DNA of 43,188 nt from positions 1 to 43,188 of the IMG/VR virus record IMGVR_UViG_3300034965_000015. One strand, given 5' to 3'. The position numbers and the translations under genes are program-made. Positions 17,548 to 25,640 of the stretch are shown here, one piece after another (position 1 is the stretch's first letter; the number at the start of each line of letters is the position of its first letter). The stretch comes from a virus (taxonomy: Duplodnaviria; Caudoviricetes). The notes beneath the pieces were generated by a model. The model was given only the letters and a program-made list of their open reading frames with translations. It did no database searches and had not been told where the DNA came from.

Positions 17548-17679
17548 TCATTCAGCATCGATCACCAGATCGTAATAGGTCAGCGCCGCGCCGGCAGCCA
17601 TGAGGCTGGCGAGGGCGATCGCGAGCAGGCTGCCGAGCACGAACGCGGCATAGGCCGTCTTGAGCTTGTGCGTCGTCAT
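17548..17679 (-). CDS. 43-aa single-TM protein
   Basis: MTTHKLKTAYAAFVLGSLLAIALASLMAAGAAL..; ATGA-coupled. Confidence 0.55.
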   Translation of the reverse strand: MTTHKLKTAYAAFVLGSLLAIALASLMAAGAALTYYDLVIDAE

Positions 17680-17954
17680 GCGTCGGCTCGCAGAGGGTTT
17701 GGCGTCTCTTCGGGCTTTTGCTTGATCCACCAGCCCGGCGGGAAACCCTTGCCGTCCCATTCGGCCAGCGATGCCTCTGCCTCACGCGCTTTCTCAAAGC
17801 AGAACCGCGTGCGATATCCGACCGCGTCGAGGCCAACAAAAAGCCCGGTCGTGAAAAGCATATCCATTACCGCGGCCAGTTCGCCGGTCGGCAGCCGCCT
17901 GATGTGGCGATAGCCTTGGGTGATCAGAAAGTCTTCGAGCGATGTCCTCGCCAT
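17676..17954 (-). CDS. hypothetical phage protein
   Basis: 92 aa (MARTSLEDF..TRFCFE..WDGKGFPPGWWIKQK), coupled to neighbours, GAGGAG SD. Confidence 0.65.
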   Translation of the reverse strand: MARTSLEDFLITQGYRHIRRLPTGELAAVMDMLFTTGLFVGLDAVGYRTRFCFEKAREAEASLAEWDGKGFPPGWWIKQKPEETPNPLRADA

Positions 17955-18229
17955 CAGCCGCGCGCTCCTCTGCGGAGGCGCTCGGCCAGGGCGACCTGTT
18001 CCCGCCATTCGGCAAGGTCCTCGTCCAGCGTGTGGACCTTGCCGTTGGCGAGCGCGACTTCTTCCTGTTGCTTGGCCCAGAAGGTCGTCGGGTCGGCGGA
18101 CTCGGCCTCGTCCCGTTCGCCGTTGCGATAGCCGATGGTGTAGCCCCAGCCGACGCCGACGAAGACGCCGGCAATGAAGATGAGGGACCCGGCGACGACG
18201 TAGAGTGCGAGCAGTGTGCCTTGCGTCAT
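17954..18229 (-). CDS. N-terminal TM + coiled-coil protein
   Basis: GGAGGT SD; first gene downstream of the 18240-18380 operator cluster. Confidence 0.65.
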   Translation of the reverse strand: MTQGTLLALYVVAGSLIFIAGVFVGVGWGYTIGYRNGERDEAESADPTTFWAKQQEEVALANGKVHTLDEDLAEWREQVALAERLRRGARG

Positions 18230-18249
18230 TCTGCGTTCACCTCCGCTGT

Positions 18250-18380
18250 GTGTTGGTGCACCGCTTGTGCACTGTAGACAATTAGCGGAAAATTTTACGT
18301 GTGCAATGGTAATTTGTGCACGCGAGGTGCCGTGTGCAGCGTGAAACTGTTTCCATAAATGCGCGGGGAATGGTGCACAG
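18250..18380 (-). promoter_or_regulatory. operator cluster (GTGCAC boxes) for accessory leftward operon
   Basis: GTGCAC at 18256, 18267, 18316, 18373; AT-rich. Confidence 0.6.
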
Positions 18381-18381
18381 C

Positions 18382-18636
18382 CTATCGCGGTGTGCGCTTG
18401 TGGTTAGTGGCGACGTTCACAAGGCCGTTGGCCACGAGCCACGCCAGCACGTTCATGGCAGACAGGCTGTAGACGTTTTGCCCGCCGGAGTTCTGGCACA
18501 ACAACTCGCGGCGCGGAAATTTCGGCGGCGCCTTCCAGCCCTTCTTGAGGACGATAATGATCCGCGCCTTTTCTGGCTCGCCCTTCCAGAAGTTCATCGC
18601 GTTGACGCATTGCTGGGCCAGCTCAGCAGGCTGCAT
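18382..18636 (-). CDS. hypothetical protein
   Basis: 84-aa ORF with GGGGAGG SD next to attP. Confidence 0.6.
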   Translation of the reverse strand: MQPAELAQQCVNAMNFWKGEPEKARIIIVLKKGWKAPPKFPRRELLCQNSGGQNVYSLSAMNVLAWLVANGLVNVATNHKRTPR

Positions 18637-18659
18637 GAGAGCCCCTCCCCGCCTCGTTT

Positions 18660-18867
18660 CTGGGGCGGTATCTGGGGCGGCGTTTCCGGGGCTGAGGTGA
18701 AAGTCGTTGGTGAGTATGGTCGGGGCGGCAAGATTCGAACTTGCGACCCTCTGGTCCCAAACAACATGTGTTCATGCTAAATACCTTGATTTTTAAGGCC
18801 TTTTGTTGCACCTCGAACCCCGTTTTACCCCCTAAAAACCCCCGTATCTGGGGCGAAACTGGGGCGG
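18660..18867. mobile_element. attP region with integrase arm-type repeats
   Basis: CTGGGGCG tandem pairs at 18660/18672 and 18848/18859 flank the tRNA-derived core; IHF-like AAATACCTTGATT between them. Confidence 0.8.
18717..18762 (-). other. attP core = 3' half of tRNA-Pro(UGG), not a complete tRNA
   Basis: Minus strand GTTTGGGACCAGAGGGTCGCAAGTTCGAATCTTGCCGCCCCGACCA: anticodon loop TTTGGGA, T-arm, CCA end; no D-arm or 5' half. Confidence 0.9.
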
Positions 18868-18927
18868 ATAGAACATCTGGTGAGATGCCAGAGGGTCGCG
18901 AAATCCCTGTCGCGTCCACTATCGCCT

Positions 18928-19377
18928 TTACTCCATCCACGAGACGCATCCGGCGGTTCTGCAATGACCGTGGACGTGACCGTTATATGCGGAAATCGAT
19001 AGAGAGAGCTGGCCCTTGCAAGCCGGACATTCGACGATTTCAGCGTGCGACTTGCCCTTGTGCTTTATGCGCCAAGCATAGATTCCGGCCATAACCACAC
19101 CCAGCTGGGACATGCGGCCTTTGATCCAAGTCTCGTGCGCCGCGATCTCTTCAGGCGACGGGGGCCGAAGATGCTCGCAAGCGATTGCATCGGGCTTGCT
19201 ACATCCGCCCGTGTCGAGGAAGCAGGGGCGCCGATCAAATTTCACGCCGTGGAATGATGCATAGTCGACGCCGGCCTCGCATGTGTCGTGCCCGGGGCGT
19301 CCGCCGCCGGCTGACGGACTTCGGTAATGGATGCACCGGCCAGCGGCATATCCTGGATCGCCCTCTCGTTTGCTCAT
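18928..19377 (-). CDS. Cys/His-rich hypothetical protein
   Basis: ATGA-coupled to int; CIHY..C..C and CPACKG..HVHGHCRTAGC. Confidence 0.7.
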   Translation of the reverse strand: MSKREGDPGYAAGRCIHYRSPSAGGGRPGHDTCEAGVDYASFHGVKFDRRPCFLDTGGCSKPDAIACEHLRPPSPEEIAAHETWIKGRMSQLGVVMAGIYAWRIKHKGKSHAEIVECPACKGQLSLSISAYNGHVHGHCRTAGCVSWME

Positions 19378-20495
19378 GCCCTGTCCTTCCGTGCCAGCTT
19401 CAAATCGATGACGTTCTTCTTCCGTGCGCGGGGCGGATCGGCCGCCGCTGCCGCGCTCTGAAAGTCCGGCGTCTGATGCGCATAGACCCGCTCCAGCGTC
19501 TCCGGCGTCATGCCGAGATAGCCTGCGGCCTCGAAGATCGGCACGCCCGCCTGCATCAGCCACGTCGCCGCCGAATGGCGGAATGTGTGTTGCACGACAT
19601 CGTCACCGGCCAGCCCCGCGCGCTGGCGCACGCCATCCCATGAGCGCCGCAGCTTTATCACCGGCTTGCCATTGTAATGCACGACATGGGTTAACCCGCG
19701 TTCGGCGTCGAGATCACGCCAGCGGCGCAAAAACGGCAGCAGACGGCGGTGAATTTTCGCGGGCGTCTGGCGCTTCTTCGTCTCGCGTGTCGAGAGCCCC
19801 TTGCGGTAAAGCAGCCCGGCGTCGAGGTCGATCCAGCCCCCATGCACGGAAGGCAACCAGCGCAATTGCGTGACCGCGGTCGAGCGCGTGCCGGTGTAAT
19901 AGCTGATCAGGATGAAGCGGGCGACATGCTTCCAGCGCGGCTCGCGCCAAGCTGCCCATATAAGCCGCGCGATCTCGCCGCGATCGAGCCAGCGCTCCCG
20001 CGGCTTGGACTTGTCCGGCAGCGTCACCACCGGCAGCGCGTCGAGCGTGAATTCCTTGTGGTAGTAGCCCAGCGCCGCGGACAGATTGACCAGATCATGC
20101 CGCGCGGTGGACTCGGCGACCTTGGACCATTTCTGCCGCCAGGCGACATATTCGCGGCAGCTGGCGCCCTTGATTTCGGAGATCGGCCGCGTGCCCCAGA
20201 ACTCGAACAGCGGCTCCAAACTGACGCGGATCGAGTCGGGGCGCTTGGTATGCGGCATGCGCTCCTTGGCGTAGTAGCCCAGCACCTCGGCCACCAGCAG
20301 TTCGGCGCCCTTGCTGGTTTTCGGCGGGGCAAACGTCTCGGCTAAATAGCGTTCGAGCGCCTTGCCCGCGCCGGCCAAGTCATCAGCGCCGCATCCCGTG
20401 CCAACTTCGCTCGCGCCGTCACGGATAACCCATTGGGGCTCGCGCCCTGCCCGTTCCCTGAGGTAGAGGCGCGGTGGCTGTCGCTTGCGTGGCAT
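19374..20495 (-). CDS. int: tyrosine integrase
   Basis: YTGTR, HTFRHSAATW, LGM, VYAH catalytic motifs; adjacent attP. Confidence 0.95.
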   Translation of the reverse strand: MPRKRQPPRLYLRERAGREPQWVIRDGASEVGTGCGADDLAGAGKALERYLAETFAPPKTSKGAELLVAEVLGYYAKERMPHTKRPDSIRVSLEPLFEFWGTRPISEIKGASCREYVAWRQKWSKVAESTARHDLVNLSAALGYYHKEFTLDALPVVTLPDKSKPRERWLDRGEIARLIWAAWREPRWKHVARFILISYYTGTRSTAVTQLRWLPSVHGGWIDLDAGLLYRKGLSTRETKKRQTPAKIHRRLLPFLRRWRDLDAERGLTHVVHYNGKPVIKLRRSWDGVRQRAGLAGDDVVQHTFRHSAATWLMQAGVPIFEAAGYLGMTPETLERVYAHQTPDFQSAAAAADPPRARKKNVIDLKLARKDRA

Positions 20496-20695
20496 GTGCA
20501 TCGCTCCAACATGGCTTGGATGGCCTCGGCGGTGACGAAGTGCTTGCCAGCGATCTTGATGAGCTGCAAGCGTCCCGCTGCCGCCTCCTTGCGCAGAGAG
20601 CGCGTGGTGATGCTGTCATCGGGGAAAAACTGGCGCGCAGCCTCGGCAAGGCGGTAGAGCCGTGGGGGCCGCAGTTCGGTTGCGAGTTCAGCCAT
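20342..20695 (-). CDS. xis: excisionase
   Basis: LAEAA..ITTRSLRKEAAAGRLQLIKIAGKHFVT winged-helix pattern; overlaps int start. Confidence 0.75.
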   Translation of the reverse strand: MAELATELRPPRLYRLAEAARQFFPDDSITTRSLRKEAAAGRLQLIKIAGKHFVTAEAIQAMLERCTCHASDSHRASTSGNGQGASPNGLSVTARAKLARDAALMTWPARARRSNAI

Positions 20696-20960
20696 TGCCG
20701 CCTCCCTGATTGAGAGCGGCATCCAACGCGTCTACTGCGTCCGTGAAACTGTTCCGTGGTGCCTTCGTCCTGCACATCTCGCCGAGCGCCGTTTTCGCCG
20801 CCTCTCTCAGCGCATCCCGCTCTGCTAGAAGGGCGGTGATGGCGTCGGCGATATTGAGATAGCCGTATTCGACCGGAGACTTCGGGGGAGTCAGATAAGG
20901 AGGGCAATTCGCCCACGCCCGCAGCATCGCGGCAATCTCTGCGTAATCATGGTCAGCCAT
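20688..20960 (-). CDS. hypothetical protein
   Basis: Coupled ORF in early-left operon. Confidence 0.55.
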   Translation of the reverse strand: MADHDYAEIAAMLRAWANCPPYLTPPKSPVEYGYLNIADAITALLAERDALREAAKTALGEMCRTKAPRNSFTDAVDALDAALNQGGGNG

Positions 20961-21160
20961 CATCCCACCCACGTCGCCTTGGTGCCCTTGGTTCCCAGCT
21001 CAGCCTCGAAGGTGATGTTCATCCCCTTGGCCGGCTTGACGCCGCAGCGCTCGCAGACCGAGACGTGCATAAACACGTCAGGCGATCCATCATCGGGGGC
21101 GATGAAGCCGAAGCCCCGTTTCTCATCGTATAGCTTGATTTTGCCGGGCTGTTTGGCCAT
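20960..21160 (-). CDS. cold-shock domain protein
   Basis: RNP1 KRGFGFI and RNP2 VFMH; 66 aa; AAGGAG SD. Confidence 0.9.
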   Translation of the reverse strand: MAKQPGKIKLYDEKRGFGFIAPDDGSPDVFMHVSVCERCGVKPAKGMNITFEAELGTKGTKATWVG

Positions 21161-21173
21161 GGGCGATACTCCT

Positions 21174-21605
21174 TTACGCTGCTGCCCGCTCTTCCGGGGC
21201 GATACTGATGGTGATGTGGCAGCCGGCCGTTTCGCTCAGCTCGGCGATGCGCTTGGTGACGATGGCGCCGACGACTTGCGCATCATCGCGCCAGACCCCG
21301 GCAGAGCCGATCGCGTCGAACACGGCGCGCGTCAGCTTGTCGAGGTCGGGTTTCTTGGTTGCCGGCGGCGTGCGGCGCTTCGGGGCGCTCAAGGGGCGCG
21401 GCATGACGAAGACGAGATGCACGTTCACCGCGCCGTCGAAATATGCCGCAGGCTGCCCCTCCCCGGTGAGCAGCGACGAGCGGATGTCGCTGCGCCAGGG
21501 CTTGGTACGCTTGCAACTCTCGATCATGACACCGCCGCCGACATGGCGCTTGGAGCCCTGCGGAGCGGGATGACCGGGCACGAAGACGGAGAGGAAGGAG
21601 GTCAC
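21174..21605 (-). CDS. rusA: RusA-family Holliday junction resolvase
   Basis: PAPQGSKR, KPDLDKLTRAVFDA, WRDDAQVV. Confidence 0.9.
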   Translation of the reverse strand: MTSFLSVFVPGHPAPQGSKRHVGGGVMIESCKRTKPWRSDIRSSLLTGEGQPAAYFDGAVNVHLVFVMPRPLSAPKRRTPPATKKPDLDKLTRAVFDAIGSAGVWRDDAQVVGAIVTKRIAELSETAGCHITISIAPEERAAA

Positions 21606-22087
21606 GCGGCCACCTGCTGCTCGAACAGGTCGCCCTGCGCCCGCTTGCCGTCGAGATAGGCCTGCACCTCAGCGCGCAGTTTGTTCAGCGCGTCAACAGC
21701 GTCTTCCGGCATCGTCGGCGCGTTGCCATCCTCGCAATATTGCTCGAACGGCAGATGGGGCGTGTTGAAGCAAAACGGCGAGGTGCAGCCGGTGAGCTTC
21801 GCTTGGCAGACCATCACCGCACCCTCGACGCCGGTGTCTTCGCTCAGCGACCAGCTGACGCCGGTCACGCGCAGGTCGCCGCTGCCATAGAGATGGTCCG
21901 GCCACTCCAGCACCTCGCGGACATGCGGGACGAGCGCATCGAACGCCGCCTGCAGGTCCGGGTGATAGGCGAGGCTGCCGAGCGATCGGAGCGAGGTCTT
22001 GCGCTCATTGTCGTCGTCGGTGCCCTCCAGCTCGACATGGAGCTGGCAGTCTTTGATCTTCGCCTTGGCGATACGCATACTGTTCAC
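21602..22087 (-). CDS. hypothetical protein
   Basis: GTG start after AGGAG; ends YLDGKRAQGDLF. Confidence 0.65.
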   Translation of the reverse strand: MNSMRIAKAKIKDCQLHVELEGTDDDNERKTSLRSLGSLAYHPDLQAAFDALVPHVREVLEWPDHLYGSGDLRVTGVSWSLSEDTGVEGAVMVCQAKLTGCTSPFCFNTPHLPFEQYCEDGNAPTMPEDAVDALNKLRAEVQAYLDGKRAQGDLFEQQVAA

Positions 22088-22089
22088 AT

Positions 22090-22833
22090 TCAATCTCCTG
22101 TGGGTGTGGTGGCTGGGGTCTGTTCGGTCGGCGGCGCGACCAAGCCGAGGGCCACGGGATCGATCGCCTTCTCGGCGACGACATCGCACCGATGCAGCCG
22201 GAACTTGCCGTCCGTGCAGGTGGGGATCGCCGCGATGTCGGCCGCCTCGAATTCAACGATCAGAATGCGGTAGCCCGGCCGCCATTCGCGCAAGACCCAG
22301 GGAAGCGTCGCGACGCTAATGCCAGCGCCGCAGTGCTCGGTGACATCGGTATTGGCGTTCTCGACTGAGCAACTTTCGCCGATGACGTATCTGATGCCGC
22401 CATTGATGTGCCCTTCGCTGCGCTGGTTCACGAGTTTGTAGGCTCGCATCTTGCCGGGCTGGTCGAGCAGCATCAGCAAATCCGTTACCCGCTCGGCAGC
22501 TAAGCCTCTGGCCCCGCTCAGGTAGGCCCCGCTCAGGGCGGCCCCGCGCAGGTCGGCCCCGATCAGGTCGGCCCCGCTCAGGTAGGCCCCGCTCAGGTCG
22601 GCCCCGCGCAGGTAGGCCCCGCTCAGGGCGGCCCCGCTCAGGGCGGCCCCGCGCAGGTCGGCCCCGATCAGGTAGGCCCCGCTCAGGTCGGCCCCGCGCA
22701 GGTTGGCCTTGGCACTGATAGCCCACTTCACCGCCAAGCCAAGTTTGACGCTGAGCGGGGTGTCGTCGGTTGCATCGATCTCAGCCTCGAAAAGGACTGA
22801 GTCAGAAAATCTATGTTTGATCGCAAACTTCAT
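22090..22833 (-). CDS. pentapeptide-repeat protein
   Basis: 13 A(D/N/Y/A)L(R/S/I)G repeats between N- and C-terminal domains. Confidence 0.9.
   Translation of the reverse strand: MKFAIKHRFSDSVLFEAEIDATDDTPLSVKLGLAVKWAISAKANLRGADLSGAYLIGADLRGAALSGAALSGAYLRGADLSGAYLSGADLIGADLRGAALSGAYLSGARGLAAERVTDLLMLLDQPGKMRAYKLVNQRSEGHINGGIRYVIGESCSVENANTDVTEHCGAGISVATLPWVLREWRPGYRILIVEFEAADIAAIPTCTDGKFRLHRCDVVAEKAIDPVALGLVAPPTEQTPATTPTGD
22513..22707 (-). repeat. 13 x 15-bp tandem repeat (pentapeptide coding)
   Basis: Unit GCC-nnC-CTG-nnC-GGG. Confidence 0.9.
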
Positions 22834-23462
22834 GCCGCTACTTCCTTTGAGCAAGACGCAAATGACTGGACGGTTGCGACGACCTCGGCGAGCTCTTCGT
22901 TGAACGCATCGACGGCGTCGGAAAGCTTGGCGATATAGGCGTCATCGCGGGCCGTGCGGTGCCGGAACGGCGGCAGGCCCGGCCAGTAGACGATGAGGTC
23001 GTTCCACTCGCGCTCGGCAACCCAGAGCCCGCCCTGGACCTGCGCCTTGTGGCCGGGCAAATCCGAGCCGCTGAGAATGTAGCTGATGAGGATGTGCGGC
23101 ATGGCCGTCTTGATCTCCAGCATGCCGTCATCGCCGATGAGCGAGTCCGGCGAACAGCCCTTGGAGCCGTTGCGAATGAAGCCGACCTGCTGCGGTTCGA
23201 GGTCGGTGAGGAACGTATAGAACCGCCGCGCCTCCTCCTCCATCAGCTGGCCGCGCTCCATGTGACCGTTGGTATAGGTGCCCATCGGCTGGCCGGTGAG
23301 CCGCTCGCCCGCGAGCTTGAGCATATATTCGCGCCGCGTCTTGCTGTCGCCGCCGGCAACGCCCTTGGCCATCACGGTGTGGAACATCGAGGCGGTGGGG
23401 ATGCCGGCGCGGGCGGCGCGCCATTCGTCGCCGCCCTGTTCGCAATTAAAGACCTGGATCAT
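22830..23462 (-). CDS. YqaJ / lambda-exonuclease family protein
   Basis: [48 protein letters not shown]. Confidence 0.92.
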   Translation of the reverse strand: MIQVFNCEQGGDEWRAARAGIPTASMFHTVMAKGVAGGDSKTRREYMLKLAGERLTGQPMGTYTNGHMERGQLMEEEARRFYTFLTDLEPQQVGFIRNGSKGCSPDSLIGDDGMLEIKTAMPHILISYILSGSDLPGHKAQVQGGLWVAEREWNDLIVYWPGLPPFRHRTARDDAYIAKLSDAVDAFNEELAEVVATVQSFASCSKEVAA

Positions 23463-24235
23463 GCCGACGCCTTCCGCCGCTTGGACTCAAGCGCAGCCTT
23501 GGCCTGCTCGAATTTGCTGGCCAGGATGTCGTCCAGGCTCTCGACGTTTGCCCATTTGCAGAATGCCGGCAGGTTGGCGCCAACCTGGGTGGCGATCGCC
23601 TTGAGCTGGGCGAGCTGCGCGGGAGAAAGCAGCTCGCCCGTCTGCTCGGCGAAGGTGGCCGGCTCATAGCGCCCGCCCGCCGCGTTTCCGTCGTCGTCCT
23701 TCGCAACCGAGATGTTCCAGATCATCTTGGTGAGGTAACGCTGCCCGTAGCTCAGTCCCGAGCCGGTGGCATGCGTCTTGGTCATCACGTCGTTGCCCTT
23801 GGCGCCCTTGCCATCAATAGGCATCGGCAAATCATACCGGCGGATGTGCCCATCGGTATGGAACACGTCGCAGACGAGGTTGAGTTTGTCGGGCAGGTCG
23901 CACGGCGTGGTGTTGAACGACAGTGCGAAGCCGTGGCGCGTGTAGATCGGCCGCAACACCCTATCCAAGGCTGGATACGAGGCGTATTTGCTTTGGGTCT
24001 GCTTGTTTGAAGCCTCGGCCCGGATCGGCTCCATCTCCTGTTGCGCTTTGGCCATGGCCACGCCGAAGGCCTTCACCGCCTGCCGGTCCTGCAGGGATTG
24101 GTGCATCTCCAGCAGGGCGCGCATTTTGCCGACATCGGCCGATGGATCGCAGGCAACCCGCTCGATCAGCGTCAGCAGCGGATCGGGCTGCACGGGCAGG
24201 GTCACCAGCTCCATGCGCTTGGCTTCCTGTGTCAT
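23459..24235 (-). CDS. ERF-family ssDNA-annealing protein
   Basis: SKYASY..LRPI..HGF, GSGLSYGQRY, DDDGNAA. Confidence 0.88.
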   Translation of the reverse strand: MTQEAKRMELVTLPVQPDPLLTLIERVACDPSADVGKMRALLEMHQSLQDRQAVKAFGVAMAKAQQEMEPIRAEASNKQTQSKYASYPALDRVLRPIYTRHGFALSFNTTPCDLPDKLNLVCDVFHTDGHIRRYDLPMPIDGKGAKGNDVMTKTHATGSGLSYGQRYLTKMIWNISVAKDDDGNAAGGRYEPATFAEQTGELLSPAQLAQLKAIATQVGANLPAFCKWANVESLDDILASKFEQAKAALESKRRKASA

Positions 24236-24426
24236 GGCTGGGACTCCTGCTCATCGATGCGTGCTTGTTCCTGGCGCTCGAACCATTCGCGCTCGACAAT
24301 CTGGCGCGCCAGCTTCACATCCCCGCTCTCTGGGTTGACCGTGATGTCATAGCCTTCGGCGCGGATGGCGCGCTCCAGGGCGGCGGCGTGCTGGTCGGTG
24401 AGGGCGAACGGTGACTCCTTGTCCAT
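24232..24426 (-). CDS. hypothetical protein
   Basis: Coupled short ORF. Confidence 0.55.
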   Translation of the reverse strand: MDKESPFALTDQHAAALERAIRAEGYDITVNPESGDVKLARQIVEREWFERQEQARIDEQESQP

Positions 24427-24800
24427 CACTCGCCCTCCCCGTCGTCGTCCGTCTCAGCCTCGCCGCTTATCGCCTCAAACGCAGCGCGGGCGCGCTTGCC
24501 CCGGTCGATGGCGACTTTTGATGGCGCCACCTTGCGTTGCAGGTAATTGTCGGCGTCGGCGTAGAACTCCAGCGCCTTGAGGGCGAGGTCGAGGTGTTCG
24601 GCAAGCTCCGCGTCAACGCGGGCTTCTGCCCCGGCGAGCACCTTGTTGCGCTGGGCAAGTTCGCCAAGGATGGTTTCGCGGGCGAGTTCCTGCAGCAGGA
24701 AGCCGCGTAATCCTTGCGGGCCATAGATATCCTTGAATGTCAGAGTTGCCGCGATGAGGCGCTGAAGCGCCGCGTTCTCAGGCCAATCGGTGATGGGCAT
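24426..24800 (-). CDS. hypothetical protein
   Basis: Coupled ORF with ALEFYAD motif. Confidence 0.6.
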   Translation of the reverse strand: MPITDWPENAALQRLIAATLTFKDIYGPQGLRGFLLQELARETILGELAQRNKVLAGAEARVDAELAEHLDLALKALEFYADADNYLQRKVAPSKVAIDRGKRARAAFEAISGEAETDDDGEGE

Positions 24801-24806
24801 CGGAAA

Positions 24807-25085
24807 TTACCTTGTGAAATATTGCAGGACAGCGAAGCCGATAAACCCGCCCCAGCCGATGCCGCACAGCACCCAGGAGGTCGCGAGCGAGCGCAGCACC
24901 TTGGCGTCAACCCACTCGGCGAACCGGCGCCACAGAATGCCGATGGCAATCCTGAGGCATTGGCGGATGACGGCGAGCGCGTTGCGGATGATGGCGAAGG
25001 TCAGGGTCAGATCATCGGCGGCAGGCTGAATGTCCGGCTGGCTCCACGCCAGCAGCGGACGGCCATAGTCGAGGGCGGTGTCCAT
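24807..25085 (-). CDS. hypothetical membrane protein
   Basis: 92 aa from ATG overlapping the upstream TGA; C-terminal TM. Confidence 0.55.
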   Translation of the reverse strand: MDTALDYGRPLLAWSQPDIQPAADDLTLTFAIIRNALAVIRQCLRIAIGILWRRFAEWVDAKVLRSLATSWVLCGIGWGGFIGFAVLQYFTR

Positions 25086-25459
25086 CACGCGACCCACGTG
25101 CAGGCTGCATCCCAGCGGTCGAGATGACCGAAGGCGATGGCGGCCTCGATCTCGGCCTCGGCCCACATGGCGGCCGCGCAATGCGTCTCCAGGAAGGTTT
25201 TGGCCAGGGCTGCCTCGCGCGGCTCCAGAATGTGCCACGCCTTGTCGTTGTAGCATTCGGCGGCATCGCGGATTTCGATGCGGGCAATCCGGGCGTCGAA
25301 GTCGGCGCCCATGCCGGTGTCGCGCTCTGCGGGGTAATAGGCGGTCGGCTGGAAGGTGACGCGCAACTCGCAGGCGGACTCGATGTCGGTGGCGTCGGTG
25401 ATGGGATAGAAAGTAAACCCGGCGGGCCTGGGCTCAAAGGCGGCTTCGGTGATGTACAT
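25085..25459 (-). CDS. hypothetical protein, first gene of early-left operon
   Basis: 124-aa ORF directly after the sRNA terminator. Confidence 0.65.
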   Translation of the reverse strand: MYITEAAFEPRPAGFTFYPITDATDIESACELRVTFQPTAYYPAERDTGMGADFDARIARIEIRDAAECYNDKAWHILEPREAALAKTFLETHCAAAMWAEAEIEAAIAFGHLDRWDAACTWVA

Positions 25460-25470
25460 CTGTGCGCCCT

Positions 25471-25565
25471 AAAAGGGGCCGGACACGCTCGGGGGAGCGG
25501 CCCGGCCAAGTTTTGGGAGGAAACGCCCCGGATGGGGAGTTGCGGGTGCCGGAAAGCAACCCGCG
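25471..25565 (-). ncRNA. suhB / alpha-r8 (MmgR/GsrN-like) small RNA
   Basis: Minus strand ..GGGGCGTTTCCTCCCAAAACTTGGCCGGGCCGCTCCCCCGAGCGTGTCCGGCCCCTTTT: family core G(C/U)GUUUCCUCCC..ACUUG followed by terminator hairpin and U-tract. Confidence 0.7.
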
Positions 25566-25635
25566 CACTCAGGTGTACATAAAGTGCACAGCACCGTCAA
25601 ACAAAATGTGCACAGCAGACGAAAAAATGCACAGC
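25563..25635 (-). promoter_or_regulatory. PL-like promoter with operators
   Basis: Minus-strand TTGACG(25595-600)-17bp-TACACC(25572-77); boxes GTGTAC 25573, GTGCAC 25584 and 25608, ATGCAC 25627. Confidence 0.7.
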
Positions 25636-25640
25636 GATGG

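Noticed and set aside
18717-18762. Complete tRNA-Pro gene
   Set aside because: Only the anticodon loop to CCA is present; no 5' acceptor strand or D-arm. It is the att core.
22513-22707. CRISPR-like array
   Set aside because: Contiguous 15-bp in-frame units with no unique spacers and no cas genes.
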